The notes under the pieces: model-generated
Databases searched by the model: none
Told to the model about the DNA's origin: nothing
Seen by the model: only the letters and a program-made list of their open reading frames with translations
Translations under genes and position numbers: made by a program
Shown here: positions 50,578 through 60,219 of the stretch, one piece after another
Layout: every line of letters begins with the position of its first letter
Position numbering within the stretch: position 1 is the stretch's first letter
From: Candidatus Methanomethylophilaceae archaeon
GTDB taxonomy: Bacteria > Bacteroidota > Bacteroidia > Bacteroidales > Bacteroidaceae
Direction of reading: 5' to 3'
Length of the DNA stretch: 64,000 nt
Assembly: GCA_963594655.1 (NCBI GenBank)
Contig: CAVBFD010000006.1
Location: 1 to 64,000 of the forward strand

Positions 50578-50766
50578 TTTTCTTTCTACTTTTAATCTGT
50601 TCAATTAATATCACAAAAAATCGCTCCATTCCCTCACCCCTTTCGGGACTCGGTGGAGATGTAGTTTTTAGGGACGATTCACAGACCACACTGGCCGGCC
50701 AAAACCAACGCTATCTACACATCCGCTGAGGAGGACCATCATGCCTCCTTGATAATAATCGGCTTG

Positions 50767-50774
50767 CAAAGGTA
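50767..50774 (-). promoter_or_regulatory. TACCTTTG -7 element for rplM-rpsI operon, implying ~180-nt structured leader
   Basis: Exact octamer on minus strand ~190 nt upstream of rplM ATG. Confidence 0.4.
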
Positions 50775-50919
50775 GCGCTTTTCCATAAACCGACCAAAAG
50801 TTAACGGCTTTTATTGCAGGTAAGGGCTACAAAAACAGGGAAAAAGTCCCATTTTGACTCTTGCCGCCTTGCGGTTACACGGAATTTCACTAATTTTGCG
50901 GCATAGAAACGATGGAAAG

Positions 50920-51993
50920 ATGAAGAAATACATTTTGATTCCACTGATGTCCGCCATGGGGGCTGTGGGCGGACAAGCGCAGATACAGTTGAACCGTGTG
51001 GACCTCTCCGCATCAGTCGGGACAGACGGCATCGGTTTTGACATAGGAATGCCTTTGAACGATTATGTGCAGGTGCGGGCCGGAGCGTCGTTCATGCCGC
51101 ACATAAAGAGGAGCATCAATTTCGAGACTGTAATCGGGGAGACTGACCCCTCACTCACCGCGGAGGAGAACTGGGTGCGGATGACCGAACGCTTCGACGC
51201 TCTGACCGACATGATGGGCAGTTTCACCACCAGCAGTATCGGCCAAGGCGTGAACGCTTACAGTGAGCCTACATTCAACAACTTCAAGTTGCTGGTGGAC
51301 ATCTTTCCGTTCAAAGACAACAGGCACTGGCACATCACCGCCGGTTTCTACCTTGGAAACTCCAGGGTGTCGAAGGTGTACAACAAAGCGGCGGACATGA
51401 CAACACTGCTGGGCGTCACTGTGTACAACAGGATGTACAGGGACGCGCTGTCGGAAGAACCACTGTTGGACTACAACGGCAACTATATCTATTTGCCTGG
51501 CAGTTTCACGGATCGGATAATTGAATATGGGGAGATGGGTATCTTAGTGGGCGAATACTCGCACGACATCTACGCCGACGAGGACATCCTCTGGGACTAT
51601 ACGGCATACGACCCTATCACTGGAGACATCCTGCATGAGGAGGGAGAAGTGCGATATGCCAAGGGCGACCTTATCCACCGGAAGGGGGACGAGTACCGCA
51701 TCACGCCCGACGGGGACAATATGCTGAAGGCTACCGCCAAGACAAACAGTTTCCGCCCGTACCTCGGTGTCGGCTATTCCACCAGTATCACAAAAGACAA
51801 CCGTACCGCCATTGCAGTTGACGCGGGTATGCTACTGTGGGGAGGCGCACCCGAAATCACCATGCACGACGGTACGAATGTATTGAAGGACCTGCAGAAC
51901 CTGAGGGGCAAGTTCGCTGACTATGCCGACAGGATGTCGAGACTGAAGGTCTACCCTGTCATAAGTCTCAGAATCACACGCAGACTGTTCTGA
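50920..51993 (+). CDS. Hypothetical outer-membrane beta-barrel-like protein
   Basis: Signal peptide, alternating amphipathic strands, C-terminal aromatic (…RRLF); TAATTTTG promoter motif at 50891-50898; track ORF start 50854 trimmed to ATG 50920. Confidence 0.45.
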   Translation: MKKYILIPLMSAMGAVGGQAQIQLNRVDLSASVGTDGIGFDIGMPLNDYVQVRAGASFMPHIKRSINFETVIGETDPSLTAEENWVRMTERFDALTDMMGSFTTSSIGQGVNAYSEPTFNNFKLLVDIFPFKDNRHWHITAGFYLGNSRVSKVYNKAADMTTLLGVTVYNRMYRDALSEEPLLDYNGNYIYLPGSFTDRIIEYGEMGILVGEYSHDIYADEDILWDYTAYDPITGDILHEEGEVRYAKGDLIHRKGDEYRITPDGDNMLKATAKTNSFRPYLGVGYSTSITKDNRTAIAVDAGMLLWGGAPEITMHDGTNVLKDLQNLRGKFADYADRMSRLKVYPVISLRITRRLF

Positions 51994-51997
51994 GGAG

Positions 51998-53212
51998 TCA
52001 TCTGGACTTTATCACCTCATATATCAACAGCGCGTCTTGGGTGTCCACCACCCCATCACTGTTGATGTCATACTTGCTGTCCGCGTCTGACACCGATTCT
52101 ATCACATTGTAGAGGTCCGACACATCCTGCATATCCACACAACAGTCACCGTTGAGGTCGTACGGAGCTATCTTCGCGTACTCCGCATACTCCGTCTCTG
52201 TCATCAATATCATCTCCGCAGCGGTGCCGGCGGCTACAGGCAAGTACGACTGGTTGGCGTTGAGGTAACGGTTTTCGTCATCGCCCCACCAGTTTTCATG
52301 CAAGCCTGACGTACTGGAGTTGAGGGTCAGTGCACCTTCGGCATTGACTCCCCACACACGCATCGACGAGGCGTCGAAAGCCGTGATTGCGTCTTTCGAC
52401 TCCTCACGGAACTCATTGCAGAAATATACGCCCTTCAGGGCATTGCCAGATATGGGACTGTAAGTGCCTGCAAGCAACGTAAGCCTGTTGTCTGACTTGT
52501 CGGCGGACGAACATTCTATAATCACTGGGGTTGAAGCCGGGATGACGTCGGTCTGCACTTCGGACAGCACGGCTATGTTGCCGTCAACCTTACTGACATA
52601 ATATGCCTTCATCCCTGTGGAGGCAAAGGAAAAGGCGAAGTCGGCGTAAAACGGAGCGAAGTACTTCGTGCCAGACTCACTGGTAACGGTAATGCCCGGT
52701 TCCACTCCGAAGTAGCAGTCGGTCGTGGCGTCAATCGGTTCCACCAACCAGCGGCGGGCAGTGCCCTTACCTGTAGTGCCGAGTGTGTTGAAGTCACCTC
52801 CTCCCCAACTGCCTGAATCGCTCAGATAGAGGGTCACCCCACTCTCGGTGGCACTGACCTCATAGAATGACAGACCGTCCTTAGCCCCTTTAAAACTTAT
52901 ATCAACGTAACGTCCGATAATCTTGTAGACACCAGTACCCTGTGAGGTGATGTCCCAGTAATCCCCACCTTTGTTCTCGAAATAGAGTACCGATGCGGGG
53001 GCGGACACCGCATCGTCGAGTCCGTACCACAACTGTATGGCAGCCATGTCGGCGGATGTGGTGGCGTAACTGATGCTTCCCGTGTTGTCGCACACCCAGA
53101 AGTAATTGCCGGTACCGTAGTTCTTAACCCGGTAGAACCCATTACTTGTCAACTGCGCCCTAACCGTCATCGTCACTGCCACAAGTGTCAGTATCAATCC
53201 TATACGTTTCAT
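51998..53212 (-). CDS. Secreted protein with C-terminal tandem dockerin-like Ca-binding repeats
   Basis: Signal peptide MKRIGLILTLVAVTMTVRAQ; C-terminal YDLNGDCCVDMQDVSDLYNVI and YDINSDGVVDTQDALLIYEVI. Confidence 0.55.
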   Translation of the reverse strand: MKRIGLILTLVAVTMTVRAQLTSNGFYRVKNYGTGNYFWVCDNTGSISYATTSADMAAIQLWYGLDDAVSAPASVLYFENKGGDYWDITSQGTGVYKIIGRYVDISFKGAKDGLSFYEVSATESGVTLYLSDSGSWGGGDFNTLGTTGKGTARRWLVEPIDATTDCYFGVEPGITVTSESGTKYFAPFYADFAFSFASTGMKAYYVSKVDGNIAVLSEVQTDVIPASTPVIIECSSADKSDNRLTLLAGTYSPISGNALKGVYFCNEFREESKDAITAFDASSMRVWGVNAEGALTLNSSTSGLHENWWGDDENRYLNANQSYLPVAAGTAAEMILMTETEYAEYAKIAPYDLNGDCCVDMQDVSDLYNVIESVSDADSKYDINSDGVVDTQDALLIYEVIKSR

Positions 53213-53330
53213 ATCCATAAAAACAAAAGCCTGTTCCCCTCGCCACACACCATGCGGGTCAGGGAACAAGCCTATACTGTATAATTACAATTTACTTTAC
53301 CGTTTATATATATAATAAGGTGTGCCACGA

Positions 53331-56036
53331 TTAGTACTTGACATAGTACTTGTGCATTGAAATCTTTCCGTGGTAGTCGAGAGCTGAGTAAGCGAACTCA
53401 TAGACATACCCTGACTTCAGTGTTACAGGGATAGCGCGGACACTGCCTTCAACCACCGTGTTGACATTGTTCTGTGCGTTCACAGCGTCGAGAGCAGCCT
53501 TGCAGTCTGCGTCACCGCCCTGTGCGCTTGCACTGCCCTTGAACACATTGGTACAAGCCACGTGCTTCTTGAACTCAGGAGCCACGACACCGCCGGTGTA
53601 AGTAGTCGGACGGAGAGTAACCAGTGCTGAGGCAACCACTGAAGGAGCGTTCTTCGCCTTACTACCGAAGTGAGAGCCATTGTTGTCAGACACTACGAGT
53701 ACAGGCTGGATACGCGCGTTTGTGTTGTTGATTACATTGCAAAGCTTGTTGTTCACCTTGTCAAGATATGAAATCAACTTGTCCTGCATATCCTTTGTAC
53801 CGTTGGTGAGGTTGGTCTCCACTTCGTTGATCTGGTCGAAGATGTCGTTGACCTGACCCACGAAGTCAGCCAGACTCTCGTTGCTGTTTGTAAGAGCGGC
53901 GTTAATCTTCTCCTCGATAGTTTCATACATATCCTTCACCTCTCCGGAAAGATTCTTTGAGAACAACTGTATAGCATATGTGCCGTTACCCTTGTCTACA
54001 ACAGTACCAGCCTTTACCAGATAGCTATAACTGCCAGTACTGTCGTATACCTGGAGGTATCCGTCAGATCCCAAATTACCACTATAGCCAGAAGGAAGAG
54101 TGAACTCAATCTCAATGTTGAACGCACTGAGGTCACCCGGCTCTATTGTCACACCACTGACAGTTGGAGCCTCAAGACTGTCGAGCTTTGGCCAGTTGTC
54201 AGAGATGAGACTGTTGAAGTTACCGACAATCTCGTCGATAAGATCCCATGCTCTCTGGTATCCCGGAATCTTTGTCACGTTGACATCCTCCATAAACTTG
54301 AATGAGAGAGGCTTGATGGCAGTAGCGGCGATGCCGTACTGTGAGTATATGCTGTGTTCACCGTTATAGTCAGTCCATGAAGCCTTGAGGGCGTTGGCGG
54401 TAGCGATACCGTTGAACTGGTTGTAGAGCTTGCCGGTCAGAGTAGCGATGCTGGCAGCTGTACGCTGGTTGAGTACATCCTTGAAAGCTGTCATCAGACC
54501 AGACTCGATGTTGATCTTCACGTTGTTGATCTGGTCTTCCTTCAGACTTGCCTTGGCTGAATAGAATCCGTTGTTTGAAGCGGCGCGTGTGTAACCGAAC
54601 TTCAGTTCCGTGTCGTTCTCCTTCTTGAGGACAGACAACTTCACGCCTGACTCAACATCCTTTGAGTTGACGAGAGTGAGCTGCTGACCTTCAAAGTTAA
54701 CGGTGTTGGGATTGACAGTCACGTAGATTGTACCCGCATTGTCTTCCGTATCGTTGAAGAGTGTACTGTTACCGTTCTTCCTGTATGTCACCAGTCCGCC
54801 ACTGATCATGTTCCAGTCGGCCTCAGTGAGTTGGTCGGAGTTCTTCACGTAGTTGGCTGTAGCTGTTGTCGGGAACACTACCGGGTTGTCATTACTGCCG
54901 TAGTAGGCGACAAGCACGTTGGAGCTGATGCCAAGAGGCAGTGAGAATGAACCGAACGCAGGATTGTATGTACCCTGTACGATGATGCCTGTGATAAGAC
55001 TCTTGAGTGCATTGTCGATATTGTCAAGACGTCCTGTCATGGTGTTGATCTTGGTGTTGATCACTTCGATTGAGTCCTCAGTGGCCTTCACCTTCTCAGC
55101 GAGACTGTCGATAGACGCCTTCAGTTTTGTGTCGTTGTCAGCGAGACTGTCAAGACGACTTTCGATTGCCGGAATCTTCATGTCGTTGATGTTGTTAACC
55201 GACTTCCAGAGGAGACTGTCCTGGATGCGCAGAAGTGAGTCAGCGGCCTGGAAGTCTTTGCGCGCAGTCGCGATAAGACCGCCCAAATCCTTTGTGACCC
55301 CTGCCAGAGAGTCAACACGACCAGTGTTCAGCTCCATGTAGTTAGCAATCCATGTAGAGTCGTTGATGGCGCGCGCGAGTGCCTCGTTGGCAGTTGCCGC
55401 AACTGTCTTGAGTTCTGACTCGATGTTCACAAGCCTGCGGTCCATCACACTCTCCAATGTGTCTATCTTCGCGTTGAGTACACTGTCGTTGGTGGCAAGA
55501 GCCTTTACCGAAGACTTCACGTCGGTGATTGTACTGTCAAGCACGTGTGACACTGTAAAGAGCTTGGCGATGTCGGTAGTGTTGATCTTTACCTGACCCG
55601 CAACAACGTCGATGCTGTCACCCATGATGCTGTCCACCTTAGACAAGGTTGACTGAACATTTTTAATACTTCCACTGAGAGTCTCGTCGGCAGCCTTCAG
55701 GAAAGCCACATCGTTGGACAGACGCGAGATGCTGTCCATAGCGGCGGCTGTCGATGAGCTGTCCTGCTTTCCCAGACTCTTGACAACCGCATCAAGGTCT
55801 GCAAGTTTAGTGCTGCAGTTCTCCTGGCAAGTGGTCAGCACTCCACCCAGAGAATCAGCTGTAACTTTCAAGTTCTGGTAGTTCGCACCTATCAGACTGC
55901 GCAAATCGGCGTCAGTCTTGTTGATTGTCACCACCAGTTTGTCGTATTCATCATCGTTGTCCTTACATGAATTGAATACACTCATGCTCACCAATACCAT
56001 TGACAGCATGATCACAGAAGTAAAAAGTTTTTTCAT
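53331..56036 (-). CDS. Large (901 aa) surface lipoprotein: lipobox then ~450 aa of D/S/L/T-rich coiled-coil repeats followed by beta-rich C-terminal domain
   Basis: MKKLFTSVIMLSMVLVSMSVFNSC lipoprotein signal; heptad-like DSL/DNx repeats; no catalytic motif recognised. Confidence 0.5.
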   Translation of the reverse strand: MKKLFTSVIMLSMVLVSMSVFNSCKDNDDEYDKLVVTINKTDADLRSLIGANYQNLKVTADSLGGVLTTCQENCSTKLADLDAVVKSLGKQDSSSTAAAMDSISRLSNDVAFLKAADETLSGSIKNVQSTLSKVDSIMGDSIDVVAGQVKINTTDIAKLFTVSHVLDSTITDVKSSVKALATNDSVLNAKIDTLESVMDRRLVNIESELKTVAATANEALARAINDSTWIANYMELNTGRVDSLAGVTKDLGGLIATARKDFQAADSLLRIQDSLLWKSVNNINDMKIPAIESRLDSLADNDTKLKASIDSLAEKVKATEDSIEVINTKINTMTGRLDNIDNALKSLITGIIVQGTYNPAFGSFSLPLGISSNVLVAYYGSNDNPVVFPTTATANYVKNSDQLTEADWNMISGGLVTYRKNGNSTLFNDTEDNAGTIYVTVNPNTVNFEGQQLTLVNSKDVESGVKLSVLKKENDTELKFGYTRAASNNGFYSAKASLKEDQINNVKINIESGLMTAFKDVLNQRTAASIATLTGKLYNQFNGIATANALKASWTDYNGEHSIYSQYGIAATAIKPLSFKFMEDVNVTKIPGYQRAWDLIDEIVGNFNSLISDNWPKLDSLEAPTVSGVTIEPGDLSAFNIEIEFTLPSGYSGNLGSDGYLQVYDSTGSYSYLVKAGTVVDKGNGTYAIQLFSKNLSGEVKDMYETIEEKINAALTNSNESLADFVGQVNDIFDQINEVETNLTNGTKDMQDKLISYLDKVNNKLCNVINNTNARIQPVLVVSDNNGSHFGSKAKNAPSVVASALVTLRPTTYTGGVVAPEFKKHVACTNVFKGSASAQGGDADCKAALDAVNAQNNVNTVVEGSVRAIPVTLKSGYVYEFAYSALDYHGKISMHKYYVKY

Positions 56037-56277
56037 GTTCTGTTTCTTTTACATTATTAATTATTATTCTGTTTCATTTTTCTAACCCCCACGTTTTATT
56101 CCTTCCTGCGCAAAGTTAGACATTATTATTATATAAGCCACCATTTTTCCTGATAAAATGCGTTTCATTCCCAAAAAAAGACCGTCAGACCCCACAGATT
56201 TATCAACTGTAGATTACAAAAAGAGCGGTGACGGATGATTTTGCCGTAAACGGCACAGCGTTTCCGTTATTTTTCGC

Positions 56278-56285
56278 TACCTTTG
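56278..56285 (+). promoter_or_regulatory. TACCTTTG -7 element for yicC-gmk-nadD operon
   Basis: Exact octamer 26 nt upstream of ATG 56311. Confidence 0.4.
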
Positions 56286-56310
56286 CACGTTCTAAAACAA
56301 ATGCTATACA

Positions 56311-57201
56311 ATGATACAATCAATGACTGGCTACGGCACATGTGTCGCCGCATACAATGGTAAGAACATCCACGTGGAGATTAGGTCACTCAACAGCAAG
56401 GCATTGGACCTCACCACACGCATAGCCACACTCTACAGGGAAAAGGAGATGGAGATAAGGAGTCTAATCGCGTCCAGACTGGAGCGCGGCAAGGTGGACA
56501 CTGTAATATGGGTGGAGAAAGACGAAAACCAGAACGCCAATCCTATAAACACGAAGCTGGTGGCGGACTACTACAACCAGATACAGTCGCTTTCGGCATC
56601 GATCGGACTGGACAGCGCCCGGCCGTCGTCGGTGACCGACTGGATGCAGGTGCTGCTCCGTCTGCCCGACGTGACTACAAAGACAGAGGTGGAGGAACTG
56701 ACTGACGACGAGTGGAAGGTAGCCAAAGCCGCCGTGGAAGGAGCCATCGACCAACTCGTCAACTTCCGCAAGCAGGAGGGCAAGGCTCTGGAAGCCAAGT
56801 TCCGTGAGAAAATCGCCAACATATCCGGTCTGCTCGCCAGTATCGAACCGTACGAGAAGAGCCGCACGGAGAAGATACGCCAGCGCATCGTCAGCGGACT
56901 CGAACAGATACCGGAAGTGGAGTACGACAAGAACCGGCTTGAGCAGGAGATGATATACTACATCGAGAAACTCGACATCTCGGAAGAGAAGCAACGGCTT
57001 GCCAACCACCTCAAATACTTCATTGAGACGATGGAGAACGGCTACGGCCAAGGCAAGAAACTGGGCTTCATCGCACAGGAGATGGGACGCGAGATCAACA
57101 CCACAGGCAGCAAGTCGAACCAGGCGGAGATGCAGAACATCGTGGTGAAGATGAAGGACGAGCTGGAACAGATAAAGGAACAGGTACTAAACGTGATGTG
57201 A
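56311..57201 (+). CDS. yicC: YicC/YloC-family stress-induced protein
   Basis: MIQSMTGYG N-terminus as in E. coli YicC; 296 aa. Confidence 0.8.
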   Translation: MIQSMTGYGTCVAAYNGKNIHVEIRSLNSKALDLTTRIATLYREKEMEIRSLIASRLERGKVDTVIWVEKDENQNANPINTKLVADYYNQIQSLSASIGLDSARPSSVTDWMQVLLRLPDVTTKTEVEELTDDEWKVAKAAVEGAIDQLVNFRKQEGKALEAKFREKIANISGLLASIEPYEKSRTEKIRQRIVSGLEQIPEVEYDKNRLEQEMIYYIEKLDISEEKQRLANHLKYFIETMENGYGQGKKLGFIAQEMGREINTTGSKSNQAEMQNIVVKMKDELEQIKEQVLNVM

Positions 57202-57202
57202 T

Positions 57203-57772
57203 ATGGGAAGACGAGGAAAACTGCTCATATTCGCCGCCCCGTCGGGAACAGGAAAGTCCACCATCATTGACTTCCTCATGCGGCAGGGACTGAACACCCA
57301 CTTCTCCATTTCCACCACCACGCGCGCCCCGCGGGGCAACGAGCGGCACGGAAAGGAGTACTTCTTCATCAGTCCTGACGAGTTCCGTCAGCATATCGGC
57401 AACGGCGACTTCGTGGAGTATGAGGAGGTCTACAAAGACCGGTTCTACGGCACACTGAAGTCACAGGTGGAAAGCCAGTTGAACGCGGGACAGAACGTGG
57501 TGTTCGACATCGACGTGAACGGCGCTGTCAACATAAAGAAGACATACGGTGACCAGGCCCTGAGCATTTTCATCATGCCGCCGGGCATCGACGAACTGCG
57601 CAGACGGCTCACAGGCCGTGGCACGGACACGTCTGAGGTCATCGAACAGCGGCTGGCAAGGGCCGAGTACGAGATTAGTCAGGCACCCCACTTCGACAGG
57701 ACTGTGGTCAACGACAACCTGCAAACTGCCGAAACGGAGGTTCTCAACATCGTCAAGGAATTCCTGAAATGA
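57203..57772 (+). CDS. gmk: Guanylate kinase
   Basis: P-loop APSGTGKST, 189 aa. Confidence 0.9.
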   Translation: MGRRGKLLIFAAPSGTGKSTIIDFLMRQGLNTHFSISTTTRAPRGNERHGKEYFFISPDEFRQHIGNGDFVEYEEVYKDRFYGTLKSQVESQLNAGQNVVFDIDVNGAVNIKKTYGDQALSIFIMPPGIDELRRRLTGRGTDTSEVIEQRLARAEYEISQAPHFDRTVVNDNLQTAETEVLNIVKEFLK

Positions 57773-58332
57773 GAATAGCGGTATTCGGAGGCACCTTCAA
57801 CCCCATCCATAACGGACACACGGAACTGGCACGGACACTGGTCACACAGGGACTGGCGGACGAGGTGTGGATTATGGTGTCACCCCAGAATCCGCTGAAG
57901 GGAAATGACGCGGCCGACTATGACGACCGGCTGGCGATGGCGCGCCTCGCCACTAAAGACATGAAGGGCATCGTGGTAAGTGACTTTGAACGCCACTTGC
58001 CAGTGCCTTCTTATACCATCAACACCCTGACCCGACTGTCGGAAACCTATCCGCAGCACAGGTTCTCACTGGTCATCGGGGCGGACAACTGGAACCGGTT
58101 CACCCGGTGGTACCAGGCCGGCAGGATAATGGCGCACTACCCTATCCTCGTGTACAGGCGTCCCGGATACACACTCGACCAGTCCGCCGCACCCGGGGGG
58201 TCGGACATTCGTATGGTTGACACACCCTTATACGACATCAGCAGCACAGAGATACGTGAGGGTCTCAAACAGGATATGATAAACCCTGACGTACTTGCGT
58301 ACATCAGGGTTCACCGACTTTATTTCATTTGA
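57769..58332 (+). CDS. nadD: Nicotinate-nucleotide adenylyltransferase
   Basis: GGTFNPIHNGH nucleotidyltransferase motif; ATGA overlap with gmk. Confidence 0.85.
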   Translation: MRIAVFGGTFNPIHNGHTELARTLVTQGLADEVWIMVSPQNPLKGNDAADYDDRLAMARLATKDMKGIVVSDFERHLPVPSYTINTLTRLSETYPQHRFSLVIGADNWNRFTRWYQAGRIMAHYPILVYRRPGYTLDQSAAPGGSDIRMVDTPLYDISSTEIREGLKQDMINPDVLAYIRVHRLYFI

Positions 58333-58345
58333 CCTCACAGAGGGT

Positions 58346-59404
58346 TCAGTCCCCTGCCTTGAGCGGGTTCCATCCCTGCGCCTTCAGGTCGAAGATACTG
58401 CCGTCGCGGGTCACCAGCACCTTGCCGTCCTCCACCTTTGTCACATAGCCTATCAGATGGATGTCCTCCACATCATCCAACTTCTCCTTGTCCTCCAACG
58501 GCACGGTGAAGAGCAGTTCATAGTCCTCACCTCCATTCAAGGCACAGGTGGTGACATTCATGTTGAACTCCTCCGCCTGTGACGCCGTCTCGTAATCGAG
58601 AGGTATATGTTCCTCATATATGCGGCAACCGCATTTGCTCTGAGTGCAGATATGCATCAGTTCACTCGACAGTCCGTCGGATATGTCCATCATGGAAGTA
58701 GGCCGTACACCCAGTTCACGCAGTTTCACTATTATGTCGCGCCTCGCCTCGGGACGCAACTGCCTCTCAAGCAGGTACTCCTTCCCGGCGAAGTCAGGTT
58801 CAGCCATCTCCATCGTCACCTTCCCCTTGTTCTCCTTCAACTGCTGGTAGTACACCTCCTTCTCGCGTTCAAGGAGTTGCAGTCCCATGTACGCCGCACC
58901 AAGGTTTCCACTCACACAGATGATGTCGCCCGGTCTGGCTCCGTCACGGCATACCGCCTTGCCCTTCTCCACCTCACCGATGCAGGTGATACTGACGGTA
59001 AGTCCTGTCACCGAACTCGACGTGTCGCCTCCTACGATGTCCACACCGTGAGCCTCGCACGCCAGTCTCAGTCCCGCGTAGAACTCCTCCATGTCCTCCA
59101 CCGAGAAACGCTGGCTCAGTCCCAGACTGACGGTTATCTGCTTAGGCATACCTCCCATGGCATACACGTCACTGAAATTCACCATGGCTGACTTGTAACC
59201 CAGATGTTTGAGCGGCACATAGGTAAGGTCGAAATGGATACCCTCAAGCAACAGGTCGGTAGTCACCAGCACATCCTTGTCCTGTGGATAACTGAGGACG
59301 GCGCAGTCGTCGCCCACGCCCTTCAGTGTGGAAGGGTTCTTCAGTTCAACTGTCTCGGTGAGATGACGAATGAGTCCGAACTCACCCAATTCCTCTATCT
59401 TCAT
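58346..59404 (-). CDS. thiL: Thiamine-monophosphate kinase
   Basis: AIRS-family N-terminal GEFGLI...GDDCAVL motif; 352 aa. Confidence 0.7.
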   Translation of the reverse strand: MKIEELGEFGLIRHLTETVELKNPSTLKGVGDDCAVLSYPQDKDVLVTTDLLLEGIHFDLTYVPLKHLGYKSAMVNFSDVYAMGGMPKQITVSLGLSQRFSVEDMEEFYAGLRLACEAHGVDIVGGDTSSSVTGLTVSITCIGEVEKGKAVCRDGARPGDIICVSGNLGAAYMGLQLLEREKEVYYQQLKENKGKVTMEMAEPDFAGKEYLLERQLRPEARRDIIVKLRELGVRPTSMMDISDGLSSELMHICTQSKCGCRIYEEHIPLDYETASQAEEFNMNVTTCALNGGEDYELLFTVPLEDKEKLDDVEDIHLIGYVTKVEDGKVLVTRDGSIFDLKAQGWNPLKAGD

Positions 59405-59409
59405 CCGCC

Positions 59410-60219
59410 CTATACCTTTTTTATAAGTTCCTTCATCAAGGCGGTCATTCGAGGCTGGGCTGCGTCAGCCGCCAACTGCACCTCCTCATGACTCACCTCC
59501 TGCGCCTCTGCAAAACCGCCGAGGTCGGTTATGACTGATATTCCGAACACCCTCATGCCACAGTGGACAGCCACTATGACCTCTGGCACAGTGGACATGC
59601 CCACCGCATCCGCTCCGAAGCCACGGAACATACGGTACTCGGCAGGAGTCTCGAACGAAGGTCCCGGTGTCCCCACGTACACTCCCTTGAATATCTTGAC
59701 ACCGATCCTGTCCGCAGCCTCCTCCACTATACGTATGAACTCAAGGTCGTACGCCTGGTGCATACTCGGGAACCGGGGACCTGTCGGGATGTTCTTCCCT
59801 CTCAGCGGATTCTCCGGGAACATGTTGATGTGGTCTGTCAGCACCATCAGGTCGCCCACCTTGAACGCAGGGTTCATGCCTCCGGCGGCGTTGCTCACAA
59901 AGAGGTTCTTTATACCCAACTCATACATCACACGTATGGGGAACGTCACCTCCTTCATGGAGTAGCCCTCATAGTAATGGAACCGTCCCTCCATGGCAAT
60001 CACGTCTTTTCCGGCCAGTTTCCCGAAGAGCAGTCTGCCTGAATGGCCCTCCACTGTTGACAGTGGCATGTTGGGGATGTCAGCATAGGGTATCTCCATC
60101 TCCGCCTCTATGTCCTCAGCCAATCGTCCGAGTCCCGAACCAAGTATGATGGCGGTGTCAGGACTTGACTTCATCTTCCCTTTCAGGAACTGTGTTGTCT
60201 CTTGAATTTTCTCGTACAT
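59410..60219 (-). CDS. Purine nucleoside phosphorylase (PNP-I/PunA type)
   Basis: GSGLG phosphate-binding motif ~30 aa from N-terminus, 269 aa. Confidence 0.8.
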   Translation of the reverse strand: MYEKIQETTQFLKGKMKSSPDTAIILGSGLGRLAEDIEAEMEIPYADIPNMPLSTVEGHSGRLLFGKLAGKDVIAMEGRFHYYEGYSMKEVTFPIRVMYELGIKNLFVSNAAGGMNPAFKVGDLMVLTDHINMFPENPLRGKNIPTGPRFPSMHQAYDLEFIRIVEEAADRIGVKIFKGVYVGTPGPSFETPAEYRMFRGFGADAVGMSTVPEVIVAVHCGMRVFGISVITDLGGFAEAQEVSHEEVQLAADAAQPRMTALMKELIKKV

